Source: Balanoglossus misakiensis (taxonomy: Eukaryota; Animalia; Hemichordata). From it: 64,000 bases of DNA. The translations under genes and the position numbers were made by a program. The stretch is from contig JBECUI020000024.1 of assembly GCA_040954595.2 (NCBI GenBank), forward strand, positions 637,978 through 701,977, in the 5' to 3' direction. Below are positions 1-12,160 of this stretch, in pieces (positions within the stretch are counted from its first letter, which is position 1; every line of letters begins with the position of its first letter). A model generated the notes under the pieces. That model ran no database searches, was not told where the DNA came from, and saw only the letters and a list, made by a program, of their open reading frames with translations.

Positions 1-1011
1 AGAGGGATTTCAGAAATTCGTGTTGGCGATTCTCTGATTCCTGTCCATTGTCAGGCTAAGAGCCTTGGTGTGATCCTTGACTCTTGTCTGACAATGAAGC
101 CACATATTGGACAGATCTGCCGCTCTGCCACTTTTCATTTACGTCGCATTGCGCTTATCCGCAAATATTTATCTCATTCTGCTACAGAGCAATTAGTTCA
201 TGCATTCATTACTTCTCGAATTGATTCATGTAATTCACTTTTATTTGGGCTCCCGAAGTATTCAATCAACCGTATCCAACGCGTTCAGAATATTGCTGCT
301 AGAATTGTTACTCATTCAAAAATCACCTGTCACATCACTCCAATTTTGTATCAGTTGCACTGGCTACCTGTTACACAGCGTATTGTTTTTAAGATGTTAG
401 TTCTCATTTTTAAATCCATTCATAAACTTGGTCCAACGCCATTCCATTAGTGTTGCTGGAGTGCGTTCGGTAGCACGCCCTCACTCGTAGTTACTAGTTT
501 ATACTTTTGTTCCTTTTGCGCATGCTCGGTCCTCTCTCTCCCCGCTGGACCGCCATTGCTCTATGTATGTTTATATATCGATCGACGAAGTGTATCGATT
601 AAACTGGTTATTGTTCTCAACTTCCAAGTGTCTGGTTGTGATTCCGACTCATCGATAATTGGGCTTGCATCCCCACTGGCGCAATCTATCTTTCTAGCAT
701 GACTAATCTATATGTTCCGTGTCGCAATTTAAGGTCAGCTGATCAGTTCAAACTCTGCCTTGTTCGATCACGCACCAAGAGTTATGGTGATCGTGCTTTT
801 ACTGTTGCTGCTCCAATTCTTTGGAATAATCTTCCACTTACCATTCGCCAGGCACCAGACTTATCTGTTTTTAAATCAAATGTTAAAACTTTACTTTTTA
901 AATCTGTTTTTTAGCCATTTGTTGTATTGTACTTTTGCTTTAAGCGTCATTGATCACATTTTTGTGGATACTGACACTATACAAATAAATTATTATTATT
1001 ATTATTATTAT
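1..1011 (+). mobile_element. 3' end of a non-LTR retrotransposon (L2/CR1/Crack-like LINE), ORF2 C-terminus plus (TAT)n tail, interrupted by a 245-bp insert
   Basis: ORFs 70-450 and 699-914 show LINE ORF2 C-terminal motifs (LVHAFITSRIDSCNSLL, HITPILYQLHWLPV, RNLRS, YGDRAF..AAP.LWN.LP); AATAAA followed by (TAT)n at ~984-1011. Removing 437-684 rejoins KLGP|IYLSSMTNLYVP in frame. Confidence 0.9.
437..681. mobile_element. 245-bp insertion with 5-bp terminal inverted repeats (CGCCA/TGGCG) and CAA target duplication
   Basis: CAA at 434-436 and 682-684; CGCCA at 437-441 and TGGCG at 677-681; precise removal restores the LINE frame. Confidence 0.7.
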
Positions 1012-1800
1012 TTTGATTACAGAGGTGGGGTTTAATCTTGCCTTTGCATATGTTTATCCCTGTCCTGTTGCATTGGGCTTGTATCTATGGTAACCTATTA
1101 TCGGCAGTAAAGGCCACAACTATGGAACAGTTTTAATATCAAGCACTCTCTGAATTACACGGCCATTCTCATTGGTGTATATAGTGTAGTCACGTTGTAT
1201 TTTACTGCAACTGATGAAAGTCTCCTAAAAAAACAAATGTGTCTTTACCCACTGTGCACAGAGTATTTGAATGATACTCAGTTGATGGTCATATAGTATA
1301 GCGCCCTCTGCGGTAGTATTTTGATTATGGAGGTGGGGTTTAATCTTGTCTTTGCATATGTTTATCCCTGTCCTGTTGCATTGGGCTTGTATCTATGGTA
1401 AACTAATTATCAGCAGTAAAGGCCACAACTATGATACAGTTTTAATATCAAGCACTCTCTGAATTACATGGCCATTCTCATTGGTGTATATAGTGTAGTC
1501 ATGTTGTATTTTACTGCAACTGATGAAAGTCTCCTAAAAAAACAAATGTGTATTTACCCACTGTGCACAAAGTATTTGAATGATACTCAGTTGATGGTCA
1601 TATAGTATAGCACCCTCTGTGGTAGTATTTGGATGATAGGGGAAGGGGTAACCTACCTTTTCTATACATGTATATGGTTATCCCTCTTCTATTGCATTCC
1701 GCTTGTATCTATGGAAACCTAATTATCAGCAGTGAATGCCAAATTGTAAAACAGCAACATATTTATTATCAAACACTGTATGGAATTGAATATACACAAT
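1012..1800. repeat. ~308-bp tandem repeat (2 close copies plus a diverged third), also present inverted at ~7040-7560
   Basis: TTGATTA..GAGGTGGGGTTTAATCTTG at 1012 and 1321; GCGCCCTCTGCG at ~1301 reappears as CGCAGAGGGCGC at ~7038 and similarly ~7450. Confidence 0.85.
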
Positions 1801-1900
1801 ATGTTTTGTGTGTTTGCTGGCTACATACATGCATAAATACGTACATACATATATTACACTCATACTCAAACACACAGCTAATGGACTCTTTTTTTCATCA

Positions 1901-1971
1901 TCCCCACCAGGAATCGAACCTGGATCTCTTATCACAAAGTGACAAGTGTGTTAACCATTACACCATGAGGA
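1901..1971 (-). repeat. tRNA-derived (SINE-like/pseudo-tRNA) head
   Basis: Reverse strand TCCTCATGGTGTAATGGTTAAC...AGGTTCGATTCCTGGTGGGGA: A box, B box, pairing acceptor stem; anticodon arm abnormal. Confidence 0.7.
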
Positions 1972-4419
1972 TTTTTTATCTCCACTAACTGCCAACACAC
2001 TGTCCAATTGCACATTCACTCACTGACATATTCAACTAACACACCAGTTTCTTTATTTCAAAAAGTACACAGTAAAACATCACAAATGACAAGACAGGGG
2101 TATCAGGAATCACACAAATCATACTCAATGTTTTACTGAAGCCATTGCTGTAAGATTGCTGTAAGTAATGGCACTATTCAATGGTGTTAACACCACATAG
2201 CACAATGATGTACTGCACACATTCAAGTCACATACCTTTTTGAAGTATTAATAAACACTGATTCTATGAACTGTTAAAATTATTTTTTCTTACATCATCC
2301 CTGAATACCAAATTTCAAACAAATTAGGCTAGTGCTTTCACATGTTAACACACAATGCATGGCACTGGACAATCATCCTATCCGATCTGAAACCTCAGTG
2401 TCACTTACCACAAAACTAAACACGTCATCTACAAATGATTTACGAAACTAATTCGTACACGACACAATACACATTTGAGTGTGTTGATCTCTTAGTTTGT
2501 ACATGATACTTTGCACTGATGTACACCAACACTCACCTTGAGAACTCTTTGGTAGCCAAAACTGTCAAGAAAATAAACAAAACTTTTAAATTAAATCATT
2601 AAGTATAATTGTGTATTTAAACAAGTACATCAAGATATACACTTGCCTGCATAACACACACCTCTCAATAGCCATAATGTATCAATGTCGAGATGACATC
2701 ACTCCAAGTACAAGATAGCGAATGATGATTTTTTTACAATAACCCCACTACTTAAACAGGACAACAAATTACAATGAATTCACTATCAACCTTGTGATAT
2801 TCAGAAAATCAATTCTTGGTCACATAAATTGTCCTGTCCACAAAATGGTTTCATGGCATCAAAATATGTTAACAAGTCAACTCTACTTTTCATGCTCCAA
2901 CCAGATTTCATTGTCTATGTTTTTAACATGCCTGTCACGACTAGAAAGCATACACACTAAACAGAGTGGTCACCAGCATAATTTGGCCAATTCTATGCTT
3001 GTCCTCACATTCTTACGAACAATTCAAATGTCAAATTATCTAGCAATGTTTCTGTTATGTACTCACACAGATTGTTCCATATTTGAAGCAAATAATTATC
3101 ATAAACAAATTGATTACCCTGATATAAATTCCAATGAAAACCTTAAGGCTTTTGGTCATGTAAACATACAATATTAACAGAAAAAATAATGGAAAATACA
3201 ATCCATTTTTACTACTGTTTATTTTTTGACAAATACATATAAGAGACATGGAAACTATTGAAGTACACATCCCAAAATAATATCCTACCACTGCTTGTAC
3301 GTTTCATACACACGATACAAGACCGATCGCCCGAATTCAGCAGATTCACTTGCCTAAAACCGTTTCTAAATAATCATATGTACCTGTATACACTCCAAAA
3401 ATAAGCTTAATTTCAACTTGTATGGAATGAAATAGAAACTCCGATGTACCCAGCCTCTGATGTTTCTATTCCTTCAAGCAAACTTCACCATCTTAACATA
3501 TATACAATTTGCCAAAACATGCATACAAACGAAACCCTTTCAGTATATAACGACAACCGCCATATTGGATGTCGCTCGACACGAAAATAAAAAAAGCCTG
3601 ACAAAACTGCCATCGCCTCATACACAATTAAAATCACACTACCATTAGATAAAACACAACTACATAACCAATACCATCAACTCTTACACGTTCAAACCAC
3701 CGATTCTGTCATTTATACTCATTAAAAATAACCACGAGAATATACACATATCCCACTAACCTATATTCAGCTGCTGAACAACAAGAGCACTTGATTCGTT
3801 TTCGGATGTGACTACGTGCAACAACATACGCATCACCATCACATTCGCGTTGGGATTCAAGACAGTTTCAATATCTCAAGAAGCAATACAACGAGAAGAC
3901 CTTCTCGGGATTTTATGCACATCCTGTTGGATATCGCTGCCAAATGTCCACAGATGATAAAACATGATACCAGAATGTTGTATTGGGGACAACCATCAAA
4001 TGTTCCCGTGCCAGCGCCCTCTATATTCTAGAAACCCTGGTATATCTCAAGAAACATTACCATTTTTAATTATTTTTAAAAGCAAAAGTAAGTTGTCATT
4101 TTATTTGTACAATTATTTCTCTATATTAAACAAGTATACATAAACACTAAACATGTTTTGCCATGTTAACATAAATTTATGACCATTTTAAAATACTATA
4201 TAGCTTATATTTATTAAAGTACAAATTCAGATGTTTTTCATTTTTAACCATTTCCACAATCAAAATGAAAAAAAAAATCGCATTAATAGTAGATTGGGTT
4301 ATATTGGATATCATTATGTAAAACTGAAGAGTCACTATGGCATGGAAACTACTGAGATATGTGGTAGAAAACCAAAATGCCCAACAAATATACACAGTGT
4401 GTGTTGTGTGTTAGATAGG

Positions 4420-4696
4420 TACATACATACATACATACATACATACATACATACATACATACATACATACATACATACATACATACATACATACATACAT
4501 ACATACATACATACATACATACATACATGCATGCATGCATGCATGCATGCATGCATGCATGCATGCATGCATGCATGCATGCATGCATGCATGCATGCAT
4601 GCATACATACATACATACATACATACATACATACATACATACATACATACATACATACATACATACATACATACATACATACATACATACATACAT
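4420..4696. repeat. compound microsatellite (TACA)n(TGCA)n(TACA)n
   Basis: Directly visible; explains the spurious HTYI/MHAC ORFs. Confidence 0.97.
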
Positions 4697-5921
4697 GCGC
4701 CCTGTATTGACCAAATACCGTCGTGCAAGCTCATGTACAAGCTATTTCTTTATGCCTGAACAAAAATTGACCAAATTCTACTGTTTATTATGATTCATTC
4801 TTCGAAACAATTCATCTTCTTGCCATATTTTATTTGTTCATATAACACATTTTGAAGAAAAGTTGTACAAAGACTACAATATACTAATGGGCTATATTCT
4901 CAAAACAGATATATTACCACAAATACTACTAGGGATTGTGTAGTGGTTTCTTTCTCACTATAAGACATATGATATCTGATATCAACCATACAAACAATAT
5001 CAATAACAAAAAGCATAAAACACCAATTTATTTTATATAGCCTTATATTAATTTATTTCAATTGTGAAAATAGACACACATACAAAAAAAGAACAGAAAA
5101 ACAATCACAGTATCTGGTTTATGAAATAAAAAAGACCAAACAAGCAATTGCTTCCGAAATAACATATTCCACATTCTGTCACAAATTGAGCAAATTCCAG
5201 TAAAATCAACCCCAAGGACCTACACACTAAATTTCAAAGTAATTGTACAAAGAATTTAACTAAACACAACTAAAATTGATCAAAAATTACACATTTCACC
5301 ACAATTTACATAAACTCTACCAACTTCACCCTAGGAACCTGCATACTAAATTTCAAAGTAATTGGCCCCGTGGTTTCAGTAAAGAAAAGTGACAGACAGT
5401 GACACCACTCACCCAATAAGACAATCACCCAATCTAATAAGCTCAACATAACTGACAACACAGCTAAACAGTTCACCGACAATATAAATACAATTGTGTA
5501 CATTTCACAAATGACAATATTAGCCTTTTAGTCACCTCTGACTCTAATGTAAAGTACATTATGGTAACTGTTAATTGAAATGTTTCTGGGAAATGTTTAC
5601 TAAGGCTATTTAATATCTTCTAGTTTTTTTTTATAACACATGGTTTCTCTTGCAATTCCTCTTTCAGTAAACAGGATAAACTTTCTACACCATTACACTT
5701 ATATGCTACTGCCAAATGGAAGTAATCTAATCCTGTAGTAGCTATAAAGCAGCATTGTCAGGGCCCAAGCAACATGATGAAAAAAGGTGAAAGCACAAGT
5801 TATAGTTACTCAAACTTTTACCAGAAAATTTTGATAGATCATATTGGTTCACGTCCAAGCAAATCGGACTTCTAACCATATTGGTTAGCTTACAATTTGA
5901 TAAGTATATAAATTAAAGGGA

Positions 5922-6210
5922 CCCTTTTCCATTAATTATGTTTGATGCAAGACACCATTTATGTTAATGTACATGTGGATATATAGTGAATCAACATTCA
6001 ACAACACACACTGCTTGTAGACACGAGAGTGAAAAATCTTGCCAAAATGAATAATTGGTCTTTACCATTTATTCATTTTGGGCGAGTTTTTACTGTCATA
6101 TCCTACAAACGGGATGGAAGCTGTGTGTGGTCGAACGTTGATTCACTATATATCCACATTAACAGTCTCTTGTATCACACATAATTATTAAAAAAGGGCA
6201 GCAAAGAGAC
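5922..6210. mobile_element. palindromic MITE; half copies at ~17430-17580 and ~19730-19860
   Basis: CCCTTTTCCATTAATTATGTTTGAT..GTGGATATATAGTGAATCAAC mirrored by GTTGATTCACTATATCCAC..ACATAATTATTAAAAAAGGG; the same left half occurs in two introns of the host gene. Confidence 0.8.
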
Positions 6211-6432
6211 TTTCTGCCTTTAATAAGCTAATAAAAGTGTTAGACTGCATTGGCTGCTCTATAATACCATATAGCAATGCAGTAACTCCTGTGGATGCCA
6301 ATTTCTGACTCTCTGTTATTTCTCACATGCATTTGTGAATTTTTATTGAAATAAAAAAACTGGTGTGTTGAATATGTCAGTGAGTGAATGTGCAATTGGA
6401 CAGTGTGTTGGCAGTTAGTGGAGATAAAACAA

Positions 6433-6503
6433 TCCTCATGGTGTAATGGTTAACGCACTTGTCACTTTGTGATAAGGGATCCTGGTTCGATTCCTGGTGA
6501 GGA
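6433..6503 (+). repeat. tRNA-derived (SINE-like/pseudo-tRNA) head, inverted copy of 1901-1971
   Basis: TCCTCATGGTGTAATGG (A box)...GGTTCGATTCC (B box)...TGAGGA; TCCTCA/TGAGGA stem; CTTGTCAC-TTT-GTGATAAG arm has only a 3-nt loop. Confidence 0.7.
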
Positions 6504-6537
6504 TGATAAAAAAGGAGTCCATTTGCTGTGTGTTTTC

Positions 6538-6681
6538 CATGTATGTATGTATGTATGTATGTATGTATGTATGTATGTATGTATGTATGTATGTATGCAT
6601 GCATGCATGCATGCATGCATGCATGCATGTATGTATGTATGTATGTATGTATGTATGTATGTATGTATGTATGTATGTATG

Positions 6682-6715
<34 letters not shown>

Positions 6716-6727
6716 TGTATGTATGTA
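6538..6727. repeat. compound microsatellite (TATG)n(CATG)n(TATG)n, inverted relative of 4420-4696 with shared flank
   Basis: Flank ACCTATCTAACACACAACACACACTGTGTATATT is the reverse complement of 4387-4420. Confidence 0.95.
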
Positions 6728-7913
6728 CCTATCTAACACACAACACACACTGTGTATATTTAATTCCACAATGCTTGATACTAAAACTGTCCACAAAAAA
6801 ACATTTGTTTATAACCCCTAAGTGCTTGTCTTCCACATTTACCTTCTCTTGGCATTTATTTCCACAGATGATGCAATACTGCTCGTCTCTTCATCCTGGT
6901 CTCTTGCGCTCCCCTTTTTACTCTCCCTGAATGCTGACAACACGTACCGTCTCATTGTTCAGTGGATATGCCTTGCTGTCATCTGCATCTGCTCCCTCAG
7001 TACCCCCTTCTCCCTGGCACAATCATCCAAATACTATCGCAGAGGGCGCTATACTATATGACGATCAACACAATATCATTCAGATAATCTTTGCACAGTG
7101 GGTAAATTAAGCATTTGGTTTTTCACGAGACTTTCATCAGTTGTACTAAAATGAAATGTGTCTACACTATACAAATGACAATGGCCTTCTAATTCAGAGA
7201 CGTTGGGAAGGACTAGTGAGCACATACAGCAAATCAGAAGGCCCAAAATGGCAAAGTTGCATGATTACTAATGGGAAACAAAGAATACACAGGGTATATT
7301 TAATTCCACAGAGTGCTTGATACTAAAATTATTGCTGTTTTACAATTGTGGCATTTACTGCTGATAATGAGGTTACCATAGATACAATTGGAATGGAACC
7401 GGACAGGGATAAACATATAAAGGCAAGGTTAACCCCCCACCCCCTACCACAGAGGGCGCTATACCGATCATCAAGTCAGTACCATTGACATAAATCTGTG
7501 CAGAGTGGGTAAATTAGGCATTTGGTTCTTCAGATTTTCATAAGTTGCACTAAAATGCTATGTGGCCCACTACAAGGACAAATAAGTCAAAAATGGCAAA
7601 TTTGATATTTACTTTGAGGTTGACATGGGGCAAAGGAGACAATACAAGAACACTGAAACTCAATTAGTGAAACACTAAAGTTGTACATGTACTTTATTTC
7701 TCTAACAAACTTAGAGAAAATTTACATGGCCATCTTTTTACTCAGAGAACTGATGTTGAAAAGAAAACAATGTTACATCATAAAATTGAAATCCTACATG
7801 TCACTAATTTCTGATTTTCACAAATGTTCATAAAAAAACCTGTTCTCTGCAAACCTTACCCCCCCCCCTCATATTGTCGGTGCTTCTAATGTAACTCTCA
7901 ATTTTTCCCTAAG

Positions 7914-8725
7914 GTGTTAAAAGAACCAAATGGTGATGATATGGTAGAAGGGATATTTGAGGGAATAGACATAGATGAGTAAGTATTAACTGCAGTACTT
8001 GCTTCCACCAATTTCCTATCATTTTGTGTACATGTTCACGTCTCTGTGTCTTACCAATCACATTCTGTCCTTTTTATTTTTTTCTAGAAGTGGCATCTTC
8101 TGTGTCAGACGGCAAATACTTACAGTGTCCCACCTTATGCCAGACCTTGGGTACAGAGGAGGCCATATTAGAAAACCTGCCAATGCATGTACACTACTCT
8201 ATCAATCAAGAAATGCAACAGTCACAAAGATTGAGTAAGTTAACTAAACCAAAGCAATCTCCACCCTGCAACTTCCCCAGCACTTACTATCTGCATGCAA
8301 GTTGTGAACTTTTAATTTAGTATTCATTACAGAAACATTTCAGTCCTACAATTCACATGCATCTTATTTTCTTCAACACCAACTTATACAAAATATGATT
8401 TAACCATCTTGTTCTCATTTCTCTCCAATGTACAGAAAGCAGTAGCCTGGATGGATTTACAGAGAGAGAGGCTAGTACACGGCACTCATGTGGACATGCA
8501 CTACCACATATCATATCTCAACGGGACTTCGGTTGTCGCTGTAGTATTTAACCCAAGTTTAACTGTGACACCCACGTCCGTACATGGCAAGGTTTTCTCT
8601 CCCAAAAGTTTCAGTTTGGCATCCCAGTTACCATCAGTTGCGCTTTCTCCATGCCTTCTAAGTTGAATGCGATTTACCATCACCGGATTCATACTGTGGT
8701 GCAAAGACAATTAAAAACATCGATT
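7914..8725 (+). pseudogene. spliced remnant of an unidentified gene (exon-like blocks 7914-7978, 8088-8234, 8436-8725)
   Basis: Each block has a pyrimidine tract+AG acceptor and a GTAAGT donor; first two join in frame (VLKEPNGDDMVEGIFEGIDIDESGIFCVRR...) but the third does not continue the frame. Confidence 0.35.
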
Positions 8726-9072
8726 GTAAGTCATTTAGTAGTGATACCATTGTTACCAAACCTCGTTTTAAAATACATGTAATCTGTACTCAAAACTATC
8801 ATTTTTTCTTTCTTTCTAGAATATGACTTGTGAGCGAGTGCTGCGTTTAAATTGATACTGAGAATAAACACCGCTAATCGACAATAAAATCAACGTATTT
8901 TCAAATGCAAGTGAACGCATGGAGGCGGCCATATTGAATTTAGGTTACATCCTAAGACATTCCGACTGGGCTTCAGGTGGATTCGGGAAAGGTCTCTAAA
9001 ACATAATCGGTCATCCGGTTTTGTATACTAAATTTCTAAAAATGAAGGACATGGGAGGTTAACATACCCACA

Positions 9073-9645
9073 ATGACTACACACAAAAAAGGGCCCAGGC
9101 GTTTCGGGGTGCGATTGTTACGTACCTTAGCTCCATCATCTGCAACCAGCCAAGGCATGGCTGTGAAATTGCGCGTCATGGAGGATGTCGAGATCCGGAA
9201 TTCCGCCAACGGGAAACTGTTTAGCGTGCCTTGTATGCAGCACGATGGCAACGTTCTGGAACTTAAATTCTGGAAAGAAAATCCGAAGTGGCTGAACAGA
9301 TTATAGAAGGGAGAATACGTACAGCTCCGCAACTTTTCCACTGGAAGAGATAATACCATTTGCCTCTATGATAGAGCAAAGGCCGGGGATGCCATTACGC
9401 CGTTAAACCTGAAATATAGATTGAGAGTGGATATTGTTTTACACAATTTTTGAACATTGAAGTAAAGTATTAGAATGATGGAGTCCGATAGAAAAAGTGA
9501 GTTGGTAATTTCGGCATCCGACTTCGTTATTAAAATGGAAAGATTTGCGATTTGAGATTCGGTTACCATTTGGAAGTTTGAAAGGAAATATTTCATTCAA
9601 GTACAGTGGCAACTACTGGATTATGGAGAATATTTGAAATGTTGA
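9073..9645 (+). pseudogene. degenerate OB-fold (RPA1-like ssDNA-binding) ORF
   Basis: MAVKLRVMEDVEIRNSANGKLFSVPCMQHDGNVLELKFWKENPKWLNRL*KGEYVQLRNFS resembles the RPA OB-fold pattern GKLFS..D..G..F.E...G..Y...N; in-frame stops downstream. Confidence 0.5.
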
Positions 9646-9679
9646 TGAACGGAGACCTATTAGAATCAATGAAAACCTA

Positions 9680-11722
9680 CCTTTATTGGTGTTACGGTTA
9701 CTACACCTGACAGACCGCTGGTCTGCGTCCGACCGATTTTGAGCTCCTAGCTCTTGTGGAGACATGCGGAGGTACAGCAGGTTTATTGTTTTTTTGTAAA
9801 ACCATAGTTAAACTCCAAAAATCTTCTTCTCCAGAACGAGCGATGACTGAGTCGCAAGATTCGGGGAGTATGGTCACTACACTGATGTCTATCAAGTTTG
9901 CAAAGAGCATTGTGATTGGTCGAAGATTATGGCGGCCATATTGGATTTTGTAAAAAACAGAGAAAAATTGAAATTCCTTTTTCTAGTCCAAAAATTGATA
10001 GCATACAAATTCTTTTTATGGATATCAATCGTCATGTGACTAAAATATATAACAATTTTTTGGCGATTTTTCACATGACCTTTGACCTAATTATCACGCG
10101 TTATTATTTCTGCATATCTAATTCCAGGCTAACCTATAGGGCTAGAGGTTTGGTTTTTGATGAATGTGGATTAGTGTGTGATCAAAATATTTTGCTACTT
10201 TTCATGACCCCTTTGACCTCTGCTGACCTCATTAATTATGCACATACCTAATTACAGGCGAACCAATAGAGCTAGAGTTTTGGTTTTTGTTGGACATGGA
10301 CCAGTATGGGTAAAAAAAAATTGCCCAAATGTTGGGTGACCTCAGGTGACCTTTGACCTACTTCACCCTATTTCAGCAGCAAAAATACACACATCCTTGT
10401 TATGTCATGAGATAATACATCCGATAGAAAATTCTGTTTCTTCTCATTCATACTGTGCATATATAATTCAAGATCAGCGCTTGGGCCCAACAATGCTGCT
10501 CGCAGCTTTAATTCTTCTTCTTCTTCTTCTTCCGAGAAATTCGGCCAGGTAGATCTGGAAAACCGCTGCACCTTGGGGGCTGAATCTTGGTAGGGTGATA
10601 GGGGCCAATGAGTAGACGTGCAGTGGCTCGTGAATATTTAATTAGTCACGTGACCTGGCGGCCATATTGCATTTCCTGACAATCGTTAAACGAGTCCTTC
10701 TCAAAAACTACTGGGCCGATCGAGTTCAAATTTGGTGTGCAGGTAGCCTACCTTCTGTCCATCATTTTACCCCATTGAAATCATGACGTCACACATAAAG
10801 TTTTTTTGCTACAATTGTTTTTCTGAAAAACTACTTAAAACTTTAAAAATCTTCTTCTCCAGAACCAGCGATTGCCGAGTCACAGGATTCGGGGTATGTG
10901 GTCACCTAACCTATTTTTATCAAGTTTGCGAAGCGCACTGTGATTGGTCGATCATTATGGCGGCCATGTTGGATTTTCGGAAAACCATTGAAAAATGAAA
11001 ATTCTGCTTTGTAGCCAAAATGTTGACAGCACGTAAATTCTTTTTTTGGATATGAGTCATCATATGACCGGAAGTTGTTACAATTTTTCGGGGCAATTTT
11101 GACATGACCTTTGACCCAGTTTTAAAACAACTAATTATATATGCATATCCCCATACCTCCTCTTGTAAAAGCACCACAGTCATGAATTTTGTGGACATGG
11201 GTACCAATGCTGCCAGGACATGACACAACTATTTTGGTAATTTTGGCAATGACCCTTGACCTATTTCTAAAACATCATTTTTCTGCATATCTAATTCCAG
11301 GCTAACCAATAGGGCTAGAGGTCTGGTTTTAGTTGGACATGGCCCACTCTGGGGTCAACATTTTATGCCCAAATTTTGGGTGACCTTGGATGACCTTTGA
11401 TCTAATTTCCCATATCTCAGCATCCACAGCAGTTAGAGTCCTGACTTTTGGAGGGCCGATGGAGCAGATATGGAGTCTTACACAAGACCTCATTAATTAT
11501 GCGCATACCTAATTCTAGGCGAACCAATAGAGCTAGGTGTTTGGTTTTTGTTGGACCTAGACTAGTATGGGGTCCGATTTTTTTGCCCAAATTTGGGGTG
11601 ACCTCTGGTGACCTTTGACCTACTTTCCAATATCTTGGTATCCACAGCAGATACAGCCTTGGCATTTGCTTGTTACCATGGGAACCGCTTGTGCCCCGCC
11701 AACGCTGCTTGCAACTTTAATT
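9680..11722. mobile_element. non-autonomous Helentron/HINE-like repeat cluster with internal tandem modules
   Basis: Hairpin+T-tract ends GCTGC(T/C)GCA(G/A)CTTTAATT at ~10495-10513 and ~11704-11722; (CTT)n tract; repeated modules AAAATCTTCTTCTCCAGAAC (9818, 10846) and CTAATTCCAGGCTAACC..AGGGCTAGAG (10117, 10248, 11290, 11508). Confidence 0.55.
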
Positions 11723-11959
11723 GTATTTTGCATTTTCTCACGGTGGCGACCATATTCCTTTGCGGCGAAGATTTATTATTTGTCTGGTTTAAACTTGCAT
11801 ATGCACTCATACTTAGGGTTCATAATACTTGTAGATAGTTCAGTGCATACTTCTGTATGGGCTAAAGGTGGTGCAGTTTGAAAAAAGTGTGATAATTTCC
11901 CAAAAGTACCAGCTGATGCACCGATTTATGTCTAATCTCTGTTTTGAATTTCTTGGCAG

Positions 11960-12160
11960 CTTAACCCAAGTTGATAGTACCCTTCTTGTCCTGGACAGAA
12001 GTCTATCTGTCAGTACAAATGGTGTAACCGTATCAGTAGATGACAACTCGTGGCATAATGTTGTCATGGTAATTGAAGAAGGCATTGTGGCAGTTTACTT
12101 GAATGGTGTTGCAGTAACATCACCCCTTCCATCCTGGACAGGTATCGATGACTCAGAAAA
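11960..12160 (+). CDS. exon, pentraxin/laminin-G-like domain
   Basis: DDNSWHNVVMVIEEGIVAVYLNG; GGCAG acceptor, GTAAGT donor. Confidence 0.85.

Noticed and set aside
4231-4793. HTYI/MHAC/VCMY-repeat proteins (also 6377-6930)
   Set aside because: Translations of tetranucleotide microsatellites open in several frames.
6433-6503. Functional tRNA gene
   Set aside because: Anticodon arm cannot form a standard 5-bp stem/7-nt loop cleanly, no oligo-T terminator immediately downstream, embedded in a repeat; kept as tRNA-derived repeat.
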